Assembly: GCA_036172245.1 (NCBI GenBank)
Contig: JAYWIR010000005.1
Coordinates: 5,828,001 to 5,892,000 of the forward strand
Source: Raillietiella orientalis
Taxonomy: Eukaryota
DNA length: 64,000 nucleotides
Direction of reading: 5' to 3'
Shown piece by piece: positions 48,101 to 60,496 of this stretch. Positions within the stretch are counted from its first letter, which is position 1. Each line of letters starts with the position of its first letter. The notes under the pieces were generated by a model. It ran no database searches. It saw only the letters and a program-made list of their open reading frames with translations, and was not told the DNA's origin. Made by a program: the position numbers and the translations under genes.

Positions 48101-51100
48101 TCTGAAGCTGGTCATTGTACTGGACAGCACCCTCTCTTTGCCATTCGAATACCAGAGCGTCGATCGTGTGTGCATCTTGGGAGGAAACACGGTGATGCAA
48201 CGAAACACGCGAACAGCTTCCGAACGGTCCTGGAACCTCCGTCAAGATCGGAGAGGTCGGAACCCGTCAGGTTCGGGGACTGATCACTCCACCATGCACC
48301 CATGCCTGGTGTTTTGATCCCCCTCATTCGGACTTGAGCGGCTCGCACCAAACAAAGGCACAGCAGCAGCAGTTACCGCTGGTATCTGCAAGTGATGATA
48401 ACTCGGGGAAAGGAAGGCATGCGGAAGCCCAGCAGTCGAGATGCGTTAGCGAGGCATCTGGGAGCGTCCACCTTTCTCTCAGAACTGCTCCCGGTCGAAG
48501 AAACCTTCCTCGTTCGCCTCTTCAGGCAAGCAGACCGATGGCTTGCTACGGCTGGAGAGCGGAACATCGGAAAGATGGCTCAGGCAACTCGGCGGAGGAT
48601 TCATTCGCTGCTGTCGCTCCTCGTCTTCCACACACTCCGTTGCTGCTCATCGTAGCGACCATTGTGCTCACCCCATATCCTGCTCTGAGTTGGCAACTAT
48701 GGCTCGAAATGATCTTCTTGAGAGCATTTGCTGAGGAGGTCTTCCGAAAGAGAAAGAGTCTTCCGATAGAGAAAGGCTCGAGAGTGGCGACAGCAACGAA
48801 TCTCCACCGAGTTGCTTGAACCTGCTTTCAGATGTTCCGCTCTCCAGTTGTAGCAAGCCATTGGTCACGTCCTTCAGAAAATTGTCTGGATGGCCTGACT
48901 ACGTGTGATCTGGATCCAACCCTCTCGATGGATACCGTCTTGTTAGGTGCTGAACTTGAAATAGACCGATCTTCAGGATCCACCATCTCTGTTAGGCCAT
49001 CCCCTCAGAGTTCCAAGACTTGCTTTGCTCGGAAATACTCGCTCCGGATCACCAAGGGTTTAAGAACTGCATCAGCCCCCCCCTCCTCCTCTTCTTTCTC
49101 TCTCTCGCTGCCTACAAAGTCCTCGTGAAGATCGACCTCTGACCAGAAGGGCATGCTGTTCGGATGCTCCCATCATCCATGTGGAGGCTTCTAGTGTGAC
49201 CAGAATGAGAAGCAACTTCAGTGGCTCAAGTGAGTACCAAATGGCAAGAACGTTAAAGACTTTGGTAAGGGTGGAGGAAGGAAGGAAGAGTTTGACGATG
49301 TCGACAAAGGAGGTAGGCCACATTCCAACCCCTCCTCGGCCTGACCTTCCCGGTAGGGAACTGACAATTCAGCAGCGTGGCTCCAATGTAGATCAAATCG
49401 AAAGAGGTTGCCCTCCTCCAGTTTCAGGTTCTTTCTCCTTCTGAAGACCACTGATCACTTGGTCCATTTCTTCCGCTGGCTTGCTGCGGACCGAACGCCG
49501 ACAGCAGCTGCTCTCTGACCGTTCCTGGCAGAAATCAGGCAGCAGTGGAGACGCAGATACTGATTGAAAGGTTGGACTTGATGGAGCCGAGCTCCTACGA
49601 CGGTCACGAACTATGGAATCCCCAGAAGAGAAGGAGAAAAGAAAGAGAGAAGCCATCCGTCGAATGGGAGTCCTCATCTTCAAGGCTGAAAGCTGGAAAG
49701 GTTCGTGTGTAAATGAGATCGTGGAGGGAGGCAATGCTAAATTTACAGATGAAGACTCGAGAAGCTCAAAAATATCATCTCCTGTGGGAACACGGAAAGG
49801 AAGACCTCGAGACAGAGACGGAGTTGCGGTGGCAGCGTCGCGTCCCCGCGGAAGACGCCCCTCAGTAGTTGATAAACCTGTCTGGAGGACGGGGAGATCA
49901 ACAGCTTGCTCGTGGCTGCTGCGCTCGGCACGGTGCCCACAGGTTTGCTTGAAAGGAAAGCTAGTGGTTCCTAGAAGAATGCAAGCGATATAAGGGATCA
50001 AAACCATGAGGCACTTTTACAAGTAGCCATTTTGAATATTTAATGGAATTTTCCTTTTTGATGCGATTCATCTTGATCAAAAGCCGTTGCTGAGCAGCCT
50101 ACTCCCTTTAAGTACATTCTCTTTTCGTAGTGGTCCAGGAGGAATGCATGCTTTGTCACGAAAGGCTCCCAGCCACGTGGAACCCGACGTGATGCTGCTC
50201 GAATTCCGATTTACAGTCAAACGACTTCCAAGAGAATGAGAAGGATCTGTACCCCAGCTTCTTATGCCTTAATGTTCACGGATTTAAGATGGTGTCACGA
50301 GCGCCGGCGTTCGCAAGAAGCAGCTTCACAACCAAAACAACAGATACTGAAGGCTTCGTATCCATCTTCTAAAGGCCGGAATCGTTTGCAGATCTGCGGA
50401 TGGCCTAGCGGGTTGGTTGCGACCTTCTCTTTCGAAAGCAAACTCTCCGTGTAAGCTTTTTTCTGCTCGGGTCCGCTGGTCATGAAGGGATTCGGTGCCG
50501 GATCAACCCGGAAGCTCCTACTCGTCACGCGCACTCGCTATCGCGGCACTCTTTCCGTTTTTCAAGCGCGGTGCCAGCAGCTAAGCAAACTCCGGAAGCC
50601 CAAGTATGCTTTTGGGGTTGCCGGCTCTCATTAGAAGCTGCGTCGCGACATCAGCAGGGGCCGAACTCCATCGACATCGTCCGTCCGGCGGCGAAACCAG
50701 TCAGCCTGGGTCGGAAAGCACGCAAGGCTCGCGTTGGCGGTCACGTGGCACCGAGCGTCGCGGGTTCGAATCCCCAAGTGGAGGAGGATACACGCCGAGA
50801 AATAGGGGGTGCGTCCTGGGTTTCGCGTCCCCGCCAGCCACCCCACAGGATGACGCCGGTTGGACCACAGGTTTCGGATGTGGAAAACCGGATGTCCCCG
50901 TCGAGTGCCCGGATTTAAAATCGACCCTTCGGGGTCCTCCCGGGAACCAAGGAGCCGATTCCTTTCAAGATTCCCCTTCGATTGTGAAAATGAAGCCGTC
51001 CCCTGGAACGGAGGGGGGGGACCCTCGATCGCGTAACATGGAGCTGGAGGATCGATACCTCTCCAGAGTGGGAAGAAGCGCGCTGCTCCTTTCGGGGAGC

Positions 51101-54100
51101 GCTCTCCAGAGAAATTGGAGAGCGTCTCTTCGGGGTTCTCTTTAGGGGAGGAGGAAACCAGGAGCGGTTCCCTTGCGGGTTCCCTCCGAGGAAGAAATTC
51201 CGGGAACGGATCCTTTCCAGGTTCCCTTCGGGGAAGAAACAGTGGAGCTTTCCTTCTGAGGGGGTCCGTCCGGAGAGAATAAGGAAAAGGTGGTTCTCTT
51301 CTGGGTTCCCTTCAGAGAAAACCGGGGTAGAGGGTTCGTTTCGGAATTCCCCCCCAAGCGTAAGAGAAATGGAATCTCTTCTCCGGAAACCTTCCTGGAT
51401 TCACAGGGTGGTCCCTCCCGGGTGACTCCCCTATCTTGAAGAGTTAAGACGTACCCTCGGGTGGCAAGGACAGCGTCAAAAAGCTTCGCGAACCCCGCCT
51501 TGAGGAGGCGAACGGCTCTTCAGCACTTGGCGAGCCCCTCTCCCCCCCCTTCCCCTTCAAAAAAAAGCTGGAAGGAAAGCAGCTAAAGTGGAAGGCATGC
51601 AAATAGAAAGTTGATTTCTTACAACTGGACATCAGCATGTAGCAGGTTTGTGTATCGAATGGGTAGCTGTACATCTTCATGTAACAGGACAGCTTGAGGG
51701 TAAGCCTGATGTGAGACAAAAAAAATGCAGATCAGTCGTCACATGATGTCATTAAAAACGCAGTGGTCAACGACATGCAATCCGATGCGAGACACGGGGG
51801 GAGGGGGAAAATCCAGGAGCGCGTCTCACCCGTCGCGCTGCCCCGATTGACATCCGTCGCCCCGGCAACGCAAACGCGGCGATTTTCTTGTTGACCACCA
51901 TGGCGTCCAGCGCGGCCCGCTCCACCTTCCAGCCTTAGCATCTGCAGCCCATAGTAGCCGTTGCTGCCAGTAGCCACGACCATCCATGGCCAATCTCAGA
52001 AAGCGCACTGCATTTGGAAAGGTCGCCAGGAGAGACCACTGAGCCTTTCTGGAGCCTCATGAGCGATCAGCGCGGCGGTCGGCCCGGTAGCAGGCAGGAC
52101 TCTGCGTCGTTGCCTTTTCGTGTCGAAACCGCACGGTTTTCAATCCCATCCTTCCCGGACGAGAGTGCCCTCTTCCCTTCCTGGGTGGAGCGCGTCGTCT
52201 CTCGCGGACAGGGGCATCGGGCAACCTGGTTCCGTTGCTCTTTTGGAAGGAAAAGGCGGGAAATGAGAGAGAAGATGCTTTGCATGCGAGTGCCACCCGA
52301 ATGGCACAGGGCAGGCTGTTCCGGATCGCAAGCTTCCCCCGTCCTTCCGGTCCGGAGAGGAATGACCTCGTCATGGCTACTTGGGCAAACGAATTCAGGA
52401 AACGAAAAATCAGGCCGAAATCGGGCCTGTTGAGGCCGGTTGGAAGATGAGAAAGATCTCCAGATGGACGCGAGATAAAAGAAAAAAAATCCTTCTAAAG
52501 AGAGCAGCTATGCAGAAAAGGGAAAGTTCTGGAATGTCAAAAGTTTCTCAGCGGCTTTGCCAGGAAGTGTGTGGCAGATGAACGCCCGAGTTCACGCGGG
52601 CGATGCGCCCCGAGTTCATGCGGTCCATCGAAAAGGAGGTAGCGGGGGCTCCGCCGGAGAGTTGGATGCTCAGTGTGCTGAGGATGCCTCTTGAATGCTT
52701 GTGGAAGGGATCTCAGCGATCTCTCTTCCTCCTCCTGCTGCTCCGTCGGCCACTGCGGCGTGGACGAGTGCCACGAGCTCTCCTAAAAGCAGCATCTCAA
52801 AGTTCTCGGCCCGCTTTGGCGACCGCGTAGCTGCAACCTCCTCCCTTGGCACCGAGCGTCTCCACCGGGTTCGAATCCCCACGTGGAGAATCCACACGAG
52901 AGAATTAGAGGGTGCGTCGTGGGTTTCGAGTCCATCCCACCCAGCAGGATGACGCTGGTTGGCCTACGGGCCTTGGGTGCGGTCTAGTGGAATCCTGACA
53001 GCGGATTCCCCCGTTTACCGTTCCCAATTGACCCTTTGGGATCCTTCCAGGAATCAAAGAACCCTTCGAGATTAACCTCAGTTCGTGAAAATGGGATCCT
53101 CCCTTCTTCCCGAGAGGGGGATTCCCTATCTCGTACCATCGAACTTGTGGATCGATTTCTCTCCAGAGTGGGAAGAAGCACGCTGCTCCTTTCGGGGAGC
53201 GCCCTCCAGAGAAATTGGAGAGCGTCCCTTCGAACTTCTCTTCAGAGGAGGAAATCAGGAGCGGTTCCCTTGCGATGCCCTCCGGAGAAGAAACCCTAGG
53301 AGCGGATCCTTTCCGGGTTCCCTTCGGAGAAGAAATAAGGAGCGATCCCCTCCAGAGGATTCTCCGGCGAGAATAAGGAAGAAATTCCTTCGGGATTCGC
53401 AAGGATGAACTCCATATATACAACACGAACTCTTCCCTCCGAGTCGCCCTGCATTCATAGGGTGGTCTTTACGAGACTGCCCCCTAACTTGAAGAGTTAA
53501 GCGCACCTTCGGGGGTTTGTCGTGGACAGTGTTTAATGAACCCGGCCTTCCAGAGTGACCCCTCCGGTGCGCACGGGAGCCAGCAGTAGCTCTCTAAACT
53601 TCTGTGTCCATCCAGTTTGTTCTTTGGCTTCAGCCTATGGAGGCAGATCCACTCTCCTGTCCGTGCTTTCTTCTTCTGCTCGAGCTGTGATGCTCGAACC
53701 CTGCTTCCCTGCTTCCCTTCGTTATTTTTTGGTGCTGCCGATTGGAATTTGCTCCAGAGGCTTTCACTAAAGGAGAGTGCACCATCGTTGTTTCTGCCAT
53801 TCATGTTGGCACCTTGCGTTTGACATAGTTTCTGGCAGCCCGCTGCCATGTCCATCTTTCCTTCTATCATCGTTGTCACTGCCGCTGTTCTGGTCACTTG
53901 CTTTGACTTTTGTCCCCCTACCCCTTCCTTACTACTCATAAACTTTTTTTTCCTTCCCCTCTTGTTTTCTCCTCCTTGTGTCCGCTGACACGTGAAACAT
54001 CGCCATGATGTTAGAATGCGGGGAATTAGCAGCAACACTGTCCTTAGGAACCTGCAGCGCCATCGGCGTGTGAAAGGGGGAAGGCATGACGGCGGAGATT

Positions 54101-57100
54101 GGTAAAGTCGAAACAAAATCCTACCGAAAAAGAAGTCGTGAGTTTCAGATGAATGCTTGAGAAGGATGTAAAAGGCGCACTCAGCACCGTTTCATTCGAG
54201 GTAACTTCCCAGGGCCTAGAGCGAGAGGGGTCGAACGCCCTCACGCTTGTAGAGAACCCAAGCACATATGGATTCTTCGAAGCAGTCAGTGTGGAGCCAT
54301 TTCGCGACGTGGTTCCCTGTTTTGATTCGAAAAGATGCTGCCGTCCCTCCCGAGTACCAGAAAAGGTTTGCTGATCGACAAATTCAATGGACCAGAGATT
54401 TCCAGCAGCATCGAACAACCTCTGAAGGCTTTTTTGAAAAAAGCATCAGCACTCGTGATCTTAGTGGCACGGACTGATTTTGAAAAACCAAAAGGCAAAG
54501 TAAAATGGAAACGGCATCTCAGAAAGCGAAGATACAGAGGATTTTTCGTCCTTCGAAAAAACAGCAACTCAGCACTGGGAAGGACTGCCAAATTCATGTA
54601 TCCATTCTGCTCCCCCTCATTCGCCTGGGAAGCGACACCACTCATCTGCACCGAACTCTGGAGATGTGTGTTTTCTCCTATGTTCCTCGAAAACGAAGGC
54701 TCTACAATTTATAACCTCTGCGACTGTAGGACCTTCCATCAGCAGCACCATTCCGAATGATCCTTTGCTCCTCATAAAACATCCTTCTCGCCGCTCGTTT
54801 CCATGGAAGCATCTTTATGAAATGCGGATTCACGAAATCATCCTCTCGCAGTTCCCGACCGCAGAGGCTGAAAGGTGCACAAGCATGCCAACATTTCCCT
54901 TAAGAATTAAATCCAGAGGTGATAACATATGCTCACCTCTATACTCAAGTAAAGCATAAAAAAGTATGACTCATCCTTGGCTTTCGCTCCATGAATTTCA
55001 AATTCGTGTAGAATGAAGTATATTCATTTCCGCAAATTATCCATTGCGTGTTTATGTACTATTCTATGTACATTTAGAGCATTTCGAGTCAAATCAGAGA
55101 GTATTTAGTTGTCTGTTCATAATAACGACTTCACGTGGAATGCCAGGTGCAATATAAATACACGTTATATAATCGGACACCTGGCATTCCTGTGATCAAA
55201 TAATAATAAACTGCTTGAATCATGTGATCGAATGATAACCGACTGCTTGAATGTATTTACGCTATGTAATGCGTGCCTGTTCTTTAAGATTCCATCCACT
55301 GGGTCGGATTCCAGCGCGAAATTTCATACAGAAACCTCTAGGACCCCAAAGAAGTACCACAGTTCGCCTTTCACTTCCACGTTGGGTCGTTAAGAAACTT
55401 CTTGGAAATGCAGTTCGAATCGAGTTTGGGTGGGAAGACCCGTGGGTAAACCGAGCTGCCATCTGAGCGGAAAATTCTTCTCGTGGGTCGCCAAGGGAAT
55501 CGGTGAATCAGCGGAGCGCCCGATGGATTCGAAAGCAACACGCGAAGAATTCCCGAAGGAAGTCCCCCTTGCTGCGTCGAAGAGGAAACCGTTGCCAAGG
55601 TTTGTCGCCACGATAACAGTCAGTGAGCTACGCTTGGAGACGATCTCTGCGGCGTAGTTGAGGCACGCCCAAATTTCAATTCCTTACTACATCCGGTGCT
55701 AACACACAAGGGGCACGGTTCGTTCGCATGTGTGCAGCATGCGCGCACACACGAAGGGTGCGCAAATTCAACTCGGCGAAGTGTGCATGGAGCAACTTGG
55801 ATGAAGGGGTCCACGGTGTCTCCTGAGCACAATCGGATTGCCCGTTGGCTGTTCGAGCTGCATGAGCTGCTACTCCGAAAACAAGCACGGGAGCACCCTA
55901 GAGGTTGTGCACGCTGAAGCCGAAAGAAGTGGGAGTTTGTGAACAGCTTCCGATGAAGATAACGGCTTCGGGTGGATTCCGTGACCAGGTTGGTTCGAGG
56001 AACAAAAGGGGGGCTGTTTGACCCCCGAACGATTACTCGCCTTCCTTCCTGCTGGCCTGCAAGTAGTGCGTGTGGGAGCTGCTCAACAGATGAGCTGCAA
56101 TGGATGCTGACTTTTTTTTGACCTGACAGTCTTGAAGCAAATTCCTATTTTGTTAAATCAGATGAGAGCTTGCTTTCCCGCATTTTCATTCCAAGATCAG
56201 ATATTCGTTCTGGAGGAAAAAATAGAATTTCCTTTTGGTCCGAAGTGGATCGAAGGTCCGTTCGCTGGAGCTTCAGCAGATGGATGAGATGCAGACGGAA
56301 GAGTGAAACGCCAACGAGGGGGGGGGGCATGGGAGTGCTTGCATTGTGTCTGCAACAGGCACGAAGTGAGGAGCTGAACTGTATGATTCCGAACTTCTGG
56401 AAGCAGTAGCCATCGGTGACATGGCAGCAGCGCCATGGTTTCCTGGCACACCTTGGGTGCAGATTCGAGAGGAGAACGAGAATTCCAAGATGGACAGAAT
56501 GTTTGGAATCTTCAGACTTCAAGTCAACGTTCCTTCCCTCTCGTTAGCCTCGCCCGGGAAAGAATTTTTCAAGCTACCAACCGTGGGCAAAAACTCCTGG
56601 CCAGAGGCACCCCATAGCAGCTTCATTTGCTTCCACTGGAGAATGGATCACCATATTTCTTCGAATCATCCGGCTCGAGACAGCATTCCAGAACAATTCA
56701 TGAAACCAATAGCTAATTCAAGGTGCCAGACAAACATCCTGCAGATCTAAGGATATGCATTGGCTGATGCACTAGGGTTCCGGTGAGAAGCACGTGGCGA
56801 TGGAGCTGAAGAACTCCCTTGTGATGATGGCGATATCATCACCACAAGGGAGCGCCGGGTGGAAGCGAAATCGAGAATACCCTCTGCAGTCATGGCAGCA
56901 GGATTTACAGCTAGTCGAAAAGCGAGATCGAAAGCAATCGACGAGCGCATTTGCAGGGGCGACCCCAGTCACCCGTGATGCCATCTAGGATCGGGAGCCC
57001 TGCACACACAACCGAAGCACGTGATTTGCCTTACCGGGGAGGAGGGGGGGAGTAGGCACCGGAAATCAGATCTATGAAAATTTGGCCTTCAACAAAGAAC

Positions 57101-60100
57101 AATGGACACTTTGCACCGGTCGAACAGTGTTCCCAGTTCGTGCCATCGGCGAAAAGGTTCAACATCCCGAACGCCAGAGCGATCAAACTCCCGGAAGATC
57201 ATAAGAAATAAGCACACGTGCTTATTCCACATACATTAATATACATATTTATTTTACTTTTTTATATGTACAGTTATTCACATTTATTAGTACAAACATT
57301 ATTAGCAGTAATATTATTGGAACAGATATATTTATTAACCCTTTTGGTGCGGAGCCCATCAGATTGAAACGTTCCGTGTTGACGGCACGCGAGTGGCAGC
57401 TGCGACCTCTGTGGACGGAGTGCTTCTTCGCGTACCGCGCGTTCTGTCGGAGGTGCCACCGATTGACTACAGAAAGTGCCGATTAAAGTTACTGTTGTAA
57501 TTGTCTGTTTACACCACATTAAATGAAGTATTTTCACTTTTCCCAAATACATATTATTTATTTAAAAATTGTAATTATAATTCCAATAAAATCAATAATT
57601 CATGTGGGTGTGGTACAATGTAATAAATTCTATACGACGCCGAGAAAAGGAATTAATTATAGGAACGCAAGTGTATGTGTCCATCTCAAACATGGATGAT
57701 GTTAACTCGTGTCGCGTGTAAAAGGTAAAAAACATTTTTGCCAGACGCATGGATGCGACCATAGCACTCAAAGGATTAAGATTCAGTAACGTATGTCACT
57801 GAATTAATAAAATTGGATGAGTTGTTCATTATGTCGCTGATATATACATTAAAGATTATAAGAAATAAATATAGATTTCTTTATATATATTGACATAAAG
57901 ATTAATATCTGGATTAATATACATCATGAAGTTTACAAAAATAGACATGTATCCATGTATATACATTACTAGTTCATATGAATTACCAATTCGACTTTCC
58001 ATTCCGGTTAGATGGCCTCTTTTTCAGATGAGAGACGCGGTTTCGGGATTACGTCACTTCCCATTCATCGCGAGACAAGAGGTGCTTCGAACTGGAGTCC
58101 AGGGATCAGGAAAGCCTGTGGACCGCCACCGGGCCATTCTCCACGATCCACCCCTGTCTTACCACCAAAGGCTCTTCTTCCTCATCTTCCACTCCTCCTT
58201 CACGTTTCCACACGTCGCATTTTTCTATTTTGCCTTTCTCATTTGTAAGCTTTCGCGCCATTTTTAATTGCCACAATCATTCCTCCTCCTCCAAAATTCA
58301 GTCTTCGTGCATGCATCGAGCGTACATTTCTTGTTTACACGAACGCATCTACATAAACACATCTGTATAAATATATACATACACATGTGCGTATTTATGT
58401 ATTTACAATTTCTCTTTTTATATATATTTCTATGCATATCTTTGTGCATTTTTATATTTATGTACATATTTGTATTCTTATATGTATATCTATATTATCT
58501 ATAAGTACTGATGTATATAAAAAGATCTTGTAATAACCTATCAATTAGATTAATTGAATATATGTAAATAAATATTCATAACTATATATGTTTCAATAAT
58601 GTTACTGTTGATAGTATGTATGTTATTAAATATAAACAACTATGTATATGAAAATAAATTTGTATGCTAATCCATGCAGAATAAGCATATGTATTCATTT
58701 TTTATACTGACCCGGGCATCAAAACATATAATTAGCATATATATTTACTTATTGTGATCTTTGTAATATACAGTAATCCATTTATTAATCTTTATATGAA
58801 TATATATATCAGTATATATAATGAGGATATATATTTATTTTTTTATAGCATGCATTCATTAATTTTTGTAATTTTTTTATAATTAATGTATTTATGAGCA
58901 ATATAATCAACAAAATCGTCGATTCCATTAAGAGAATGTAGGTCACTGAATCTTAATAAATATATCTGTTCCAAAAATCTTACCGCTAATATGTATTTTA
59001 ATAAATATAAATAACTATGCATATTAAAATAAGTTTGTACATCGATCTTTGTAGAATAAGCACGCGCGTTGATTTCTTATGATCTTCCCAGATATTCTTA
59101 TCGGCACCGCGGCGACACTGTACACTGTGCACTGATCATGTGCTACATCCAGGGGACGGGTGCATCCTGAATCAGCACACGGAGGACACGAGCTCCACGA
59201 GGGGGAGAAGCCTCTGACCTCTGGAAACAGGAGGCTTCGTCCACAACACTGTGCGGTTGTTGGGAGCGCCAACAACCGCACAGTCACCCCCGAGCGCATT
59301 CATCTTCCGGAGGGAGGTGGACGTGGAGGCGGACTCTTTCGGGAGCAGGTCGAGCACTCTGTAGGAGAACGCCCTGTATTGCTCATGAGGATTTCCTACT
59401 CGTGGAGACACATCTATTCGTGGCTGTGCATCTGCGGAGACTCAGAAGACCATCGAGGGACGAAAACTCCCTCTGGCGTTGACTCAAAGTGCGCGCGCGG
59501 TGGCTCCATCCCCGCTTTCGTACTCGGATGCGCAGATCCAGAATCGTTCGACGGGAGACCTGTGGCGCCTTCGGAACACCCAGAGTTGCAATGAGTCCCG
59601 CGGTTCTCATCCACCGTCCGTCATCGGCCCCTTCCCCCTGCATCCCAGTTCTGGATCACCACTTGCTGCCGCGATGCGAGTCCGATGATGGGCGTCTCCA
59701 TGAATCTCTGGAGAGGCTTGAGAATTTCGTATCCAGGAACCATGCTCCGGAGGCGCAATGAACTCACCTGCGTCTCTTACACTCTGGCGGGGATAGGCCG
59801 TTAGGAGGTGGTACCCAGGCCATCGGCATCCTGGCCCATCCTTTCCCGACCTAACCCTCCAGCAGACGAATCGTCGCGTCTTCGCTCGCTTTCGCCTCCT
59901 TCGTCCGGATGCTCTCCGCCACCGTTTTGTTGGCATGGCAACCGATCAAAGAGCAGCGGCGTACGAAGCGACGGATGCTAGCAGCCGGCTTTCGCGATTT
60001 CTCGGACGTTGAAACAGCGGGGTCTTCTTGTTTCGTTTGGCAAAAGATCCTTCCGGTCATCCGTTGACATTTGCGGGACGCTTCGTTGTGGAAAAAGGTC

Positions 60101-60496
60101 AGCTTCGCTCTCGGAGTTCCGCTCGAGCAATCGAATCCAGCGGTCGGTCGAAAGCATGGAAACGCGTTTTGGGGGCTCGTCGCGCCGAACGCTGGAGAAT
60201 CGATGAACCGGAGGTGGCAGCGGGCGACCTTGCGACTTCCGGAAGAGGAGGCGCGGATCTTACCTAAGGCTCCTCAGCATGTCTCCGCTTTCGGAAATCT
60301 CGAGGAACATGTTTGGCGACGTGGCCATGTGGAAGGTGGACTGCTTCAGGTTACGGAAGTAGAGGTCGGGCTTCCACAACCTGTCTATGACGCTCTTCTG
60401 GTTCAGCTTGAGCTTCTTCCGCTGGAGTCTCTGCATCATGAGGACCAGCCGCTCGTCCTTCCAGCGTTCCCTCAGGTAAATATCCGTCTCGTAATC
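44994..60496 (-). CDS. Cys-loop ligand-gated ion channel subunit, glycine receptor/GluCl-like (3' six exons; 5' exons not found in window)
   Basis: Exons 60496-60264, 51705-51623, 48175-48035, 47981-47752, 47694-47548, 45143-44994 join in frame. Motifs: DYETDIYLRERWKD, LWKPDLYFRN, Cys-loop CYMKMYSYPFDTQTC, loop-C disulfide CIESYETGNYSCL, M1 YLPTTIVVMCSWISLW, M2 RLLLGTTTLLT, PPVSYLKAMDVW, M4 DAVCRILFPLLFLLFNVFYW. Confidence 0.93.
45370..45850 (-). mobile_element. Degenerate LINE RT N-terminal relic (Jockey/I-like) in the last channel intron
   Basis: PGKINPDGM (K.PGPDGI), ISVLKPGRERRLIDGYGRVLSIS (IP..KPGK...YRPISL) and CPGFKR (Q.GFR) occur in the expected order. Confidence 0.45.
47548..47694 (-). 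CDS. Cys-loop channel exon (M3)
   Basis: AMDVWIVVCILFVFASAIEFVVA...; the 3' donor (aag|gtat) is less certain. Confidence 0.8.
47752..47981 (-). CDS. Cys-loop channel exon (M1-M2)
   Basis: GNYSCLEIRF...YLPTTIVVMCSWISLWISHNNMMTRLLLGTTTLLTIL...PPVSYLK. Confidence 0.93.
48035..48175 (-). CDS. Cys-loop channel exon (loops B, F, C)
   Basis: YAHTIDALVFEW...LQIPEFYL...CIESYET. Confidence 0.92.
48533..48867. repeat. Inverted repeat with ~90-bp arms (48533-48623 / 48778-48867), MITE-like
   Basis: gaccgatggcttgctacggctggagagcggaacatcggaaag...caactcggcggag matches the reverse complement of ctccaccgagttg...tttcagatgttccgctctccagttgtagcaagccattggtc. Confidence 0.85.
50715..51480 (+). mobile_element. tRNA-headed SINE-like repeat, copy C (near full length)
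   Basis: B-box gggttcgaatccc at ~50762, conserved body, internal ggttccc(t/c)..gg...agaaa subrepeats, shared 3' end. Confidence 0.8.
51623..51705 (-). CDS. Cys-loop channel exon (Cys-loop)
   Basis: LTLKLSCYMKMYSYPFDTQTCYMLMSS; 83-bp exon with catcag acceptor and gtaag donor. Confidence 0.95.
52815..53537 (+). mobile_element. tRNA-headed SINE-like repeat, copy D (near full length)
   Basis: gggttcgaatcccc at ~52867; ctccagagtgggaagaagc.cgctgctcctttcggggagcgc.ctccagagaaattggagagcgtc is almost identical to copy C. Confidence 0.8.
55131..55195. repeat. Hairpin with a 13-bp perfect stem in an AT-rich patch
   Basis: ggaatgccaggtg (55137-55149) pairs with cacctggcattcc (55178-55190); extendable by tcac/gtga. 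Confidence 0.85.
57193..59088. mobile_element. AT-rich fold-back / long-TIR non-autonomous DNA transposon in a channel intron
   Basis: 57193-57338 plus 57780-~57985 is the reverse complement of ~58680-59088 (e.g. ggaagatcataagaaat, cgtgcttatt, ttggaacagatatatttattaa|gattcagt, ataaagattaata..tggatta). No coding capacity seen. Confidence 0.85.
57339..57775. mobile_element. piggyBac-like MITE (437 bp) nested in the left arm of the fold-back element
   Basis: TTAA at 57335-57338 and 57776-57779; termini cccttttggtgc / gcactcaaagga form an imperfect TIR. The opposite arm has the empty site tttattaagattcag with a single TTAA. Confidence 0.85.
60264..60496 (-). CDS. Cys-loop channel exon (loops D, A, E)
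   Basis: DYETDIYLRERWKDERL...LWKPDLYFRNLK...SGDMLRSLR; ttccag acceptor, gtaag donor. Confidence 0.92.

Noticed and set aside
50715..50790. Functional tRNA gene (also ~52815-52885 and ~61490-61560)
   Set aside because: A B-box/T-arm is present, but there is no consistent acceptor stem or D-arm, and each is fused to the same repeat body. Treated as a SINE head.
51406..51414. Gli-binding-site-like AGGGTGGTC in the SINE 3' region (also ~53459)
   Set aside because: Only 8/9 match to the GACCACCCA consensus, not conserved in copy A, and expected by chance.
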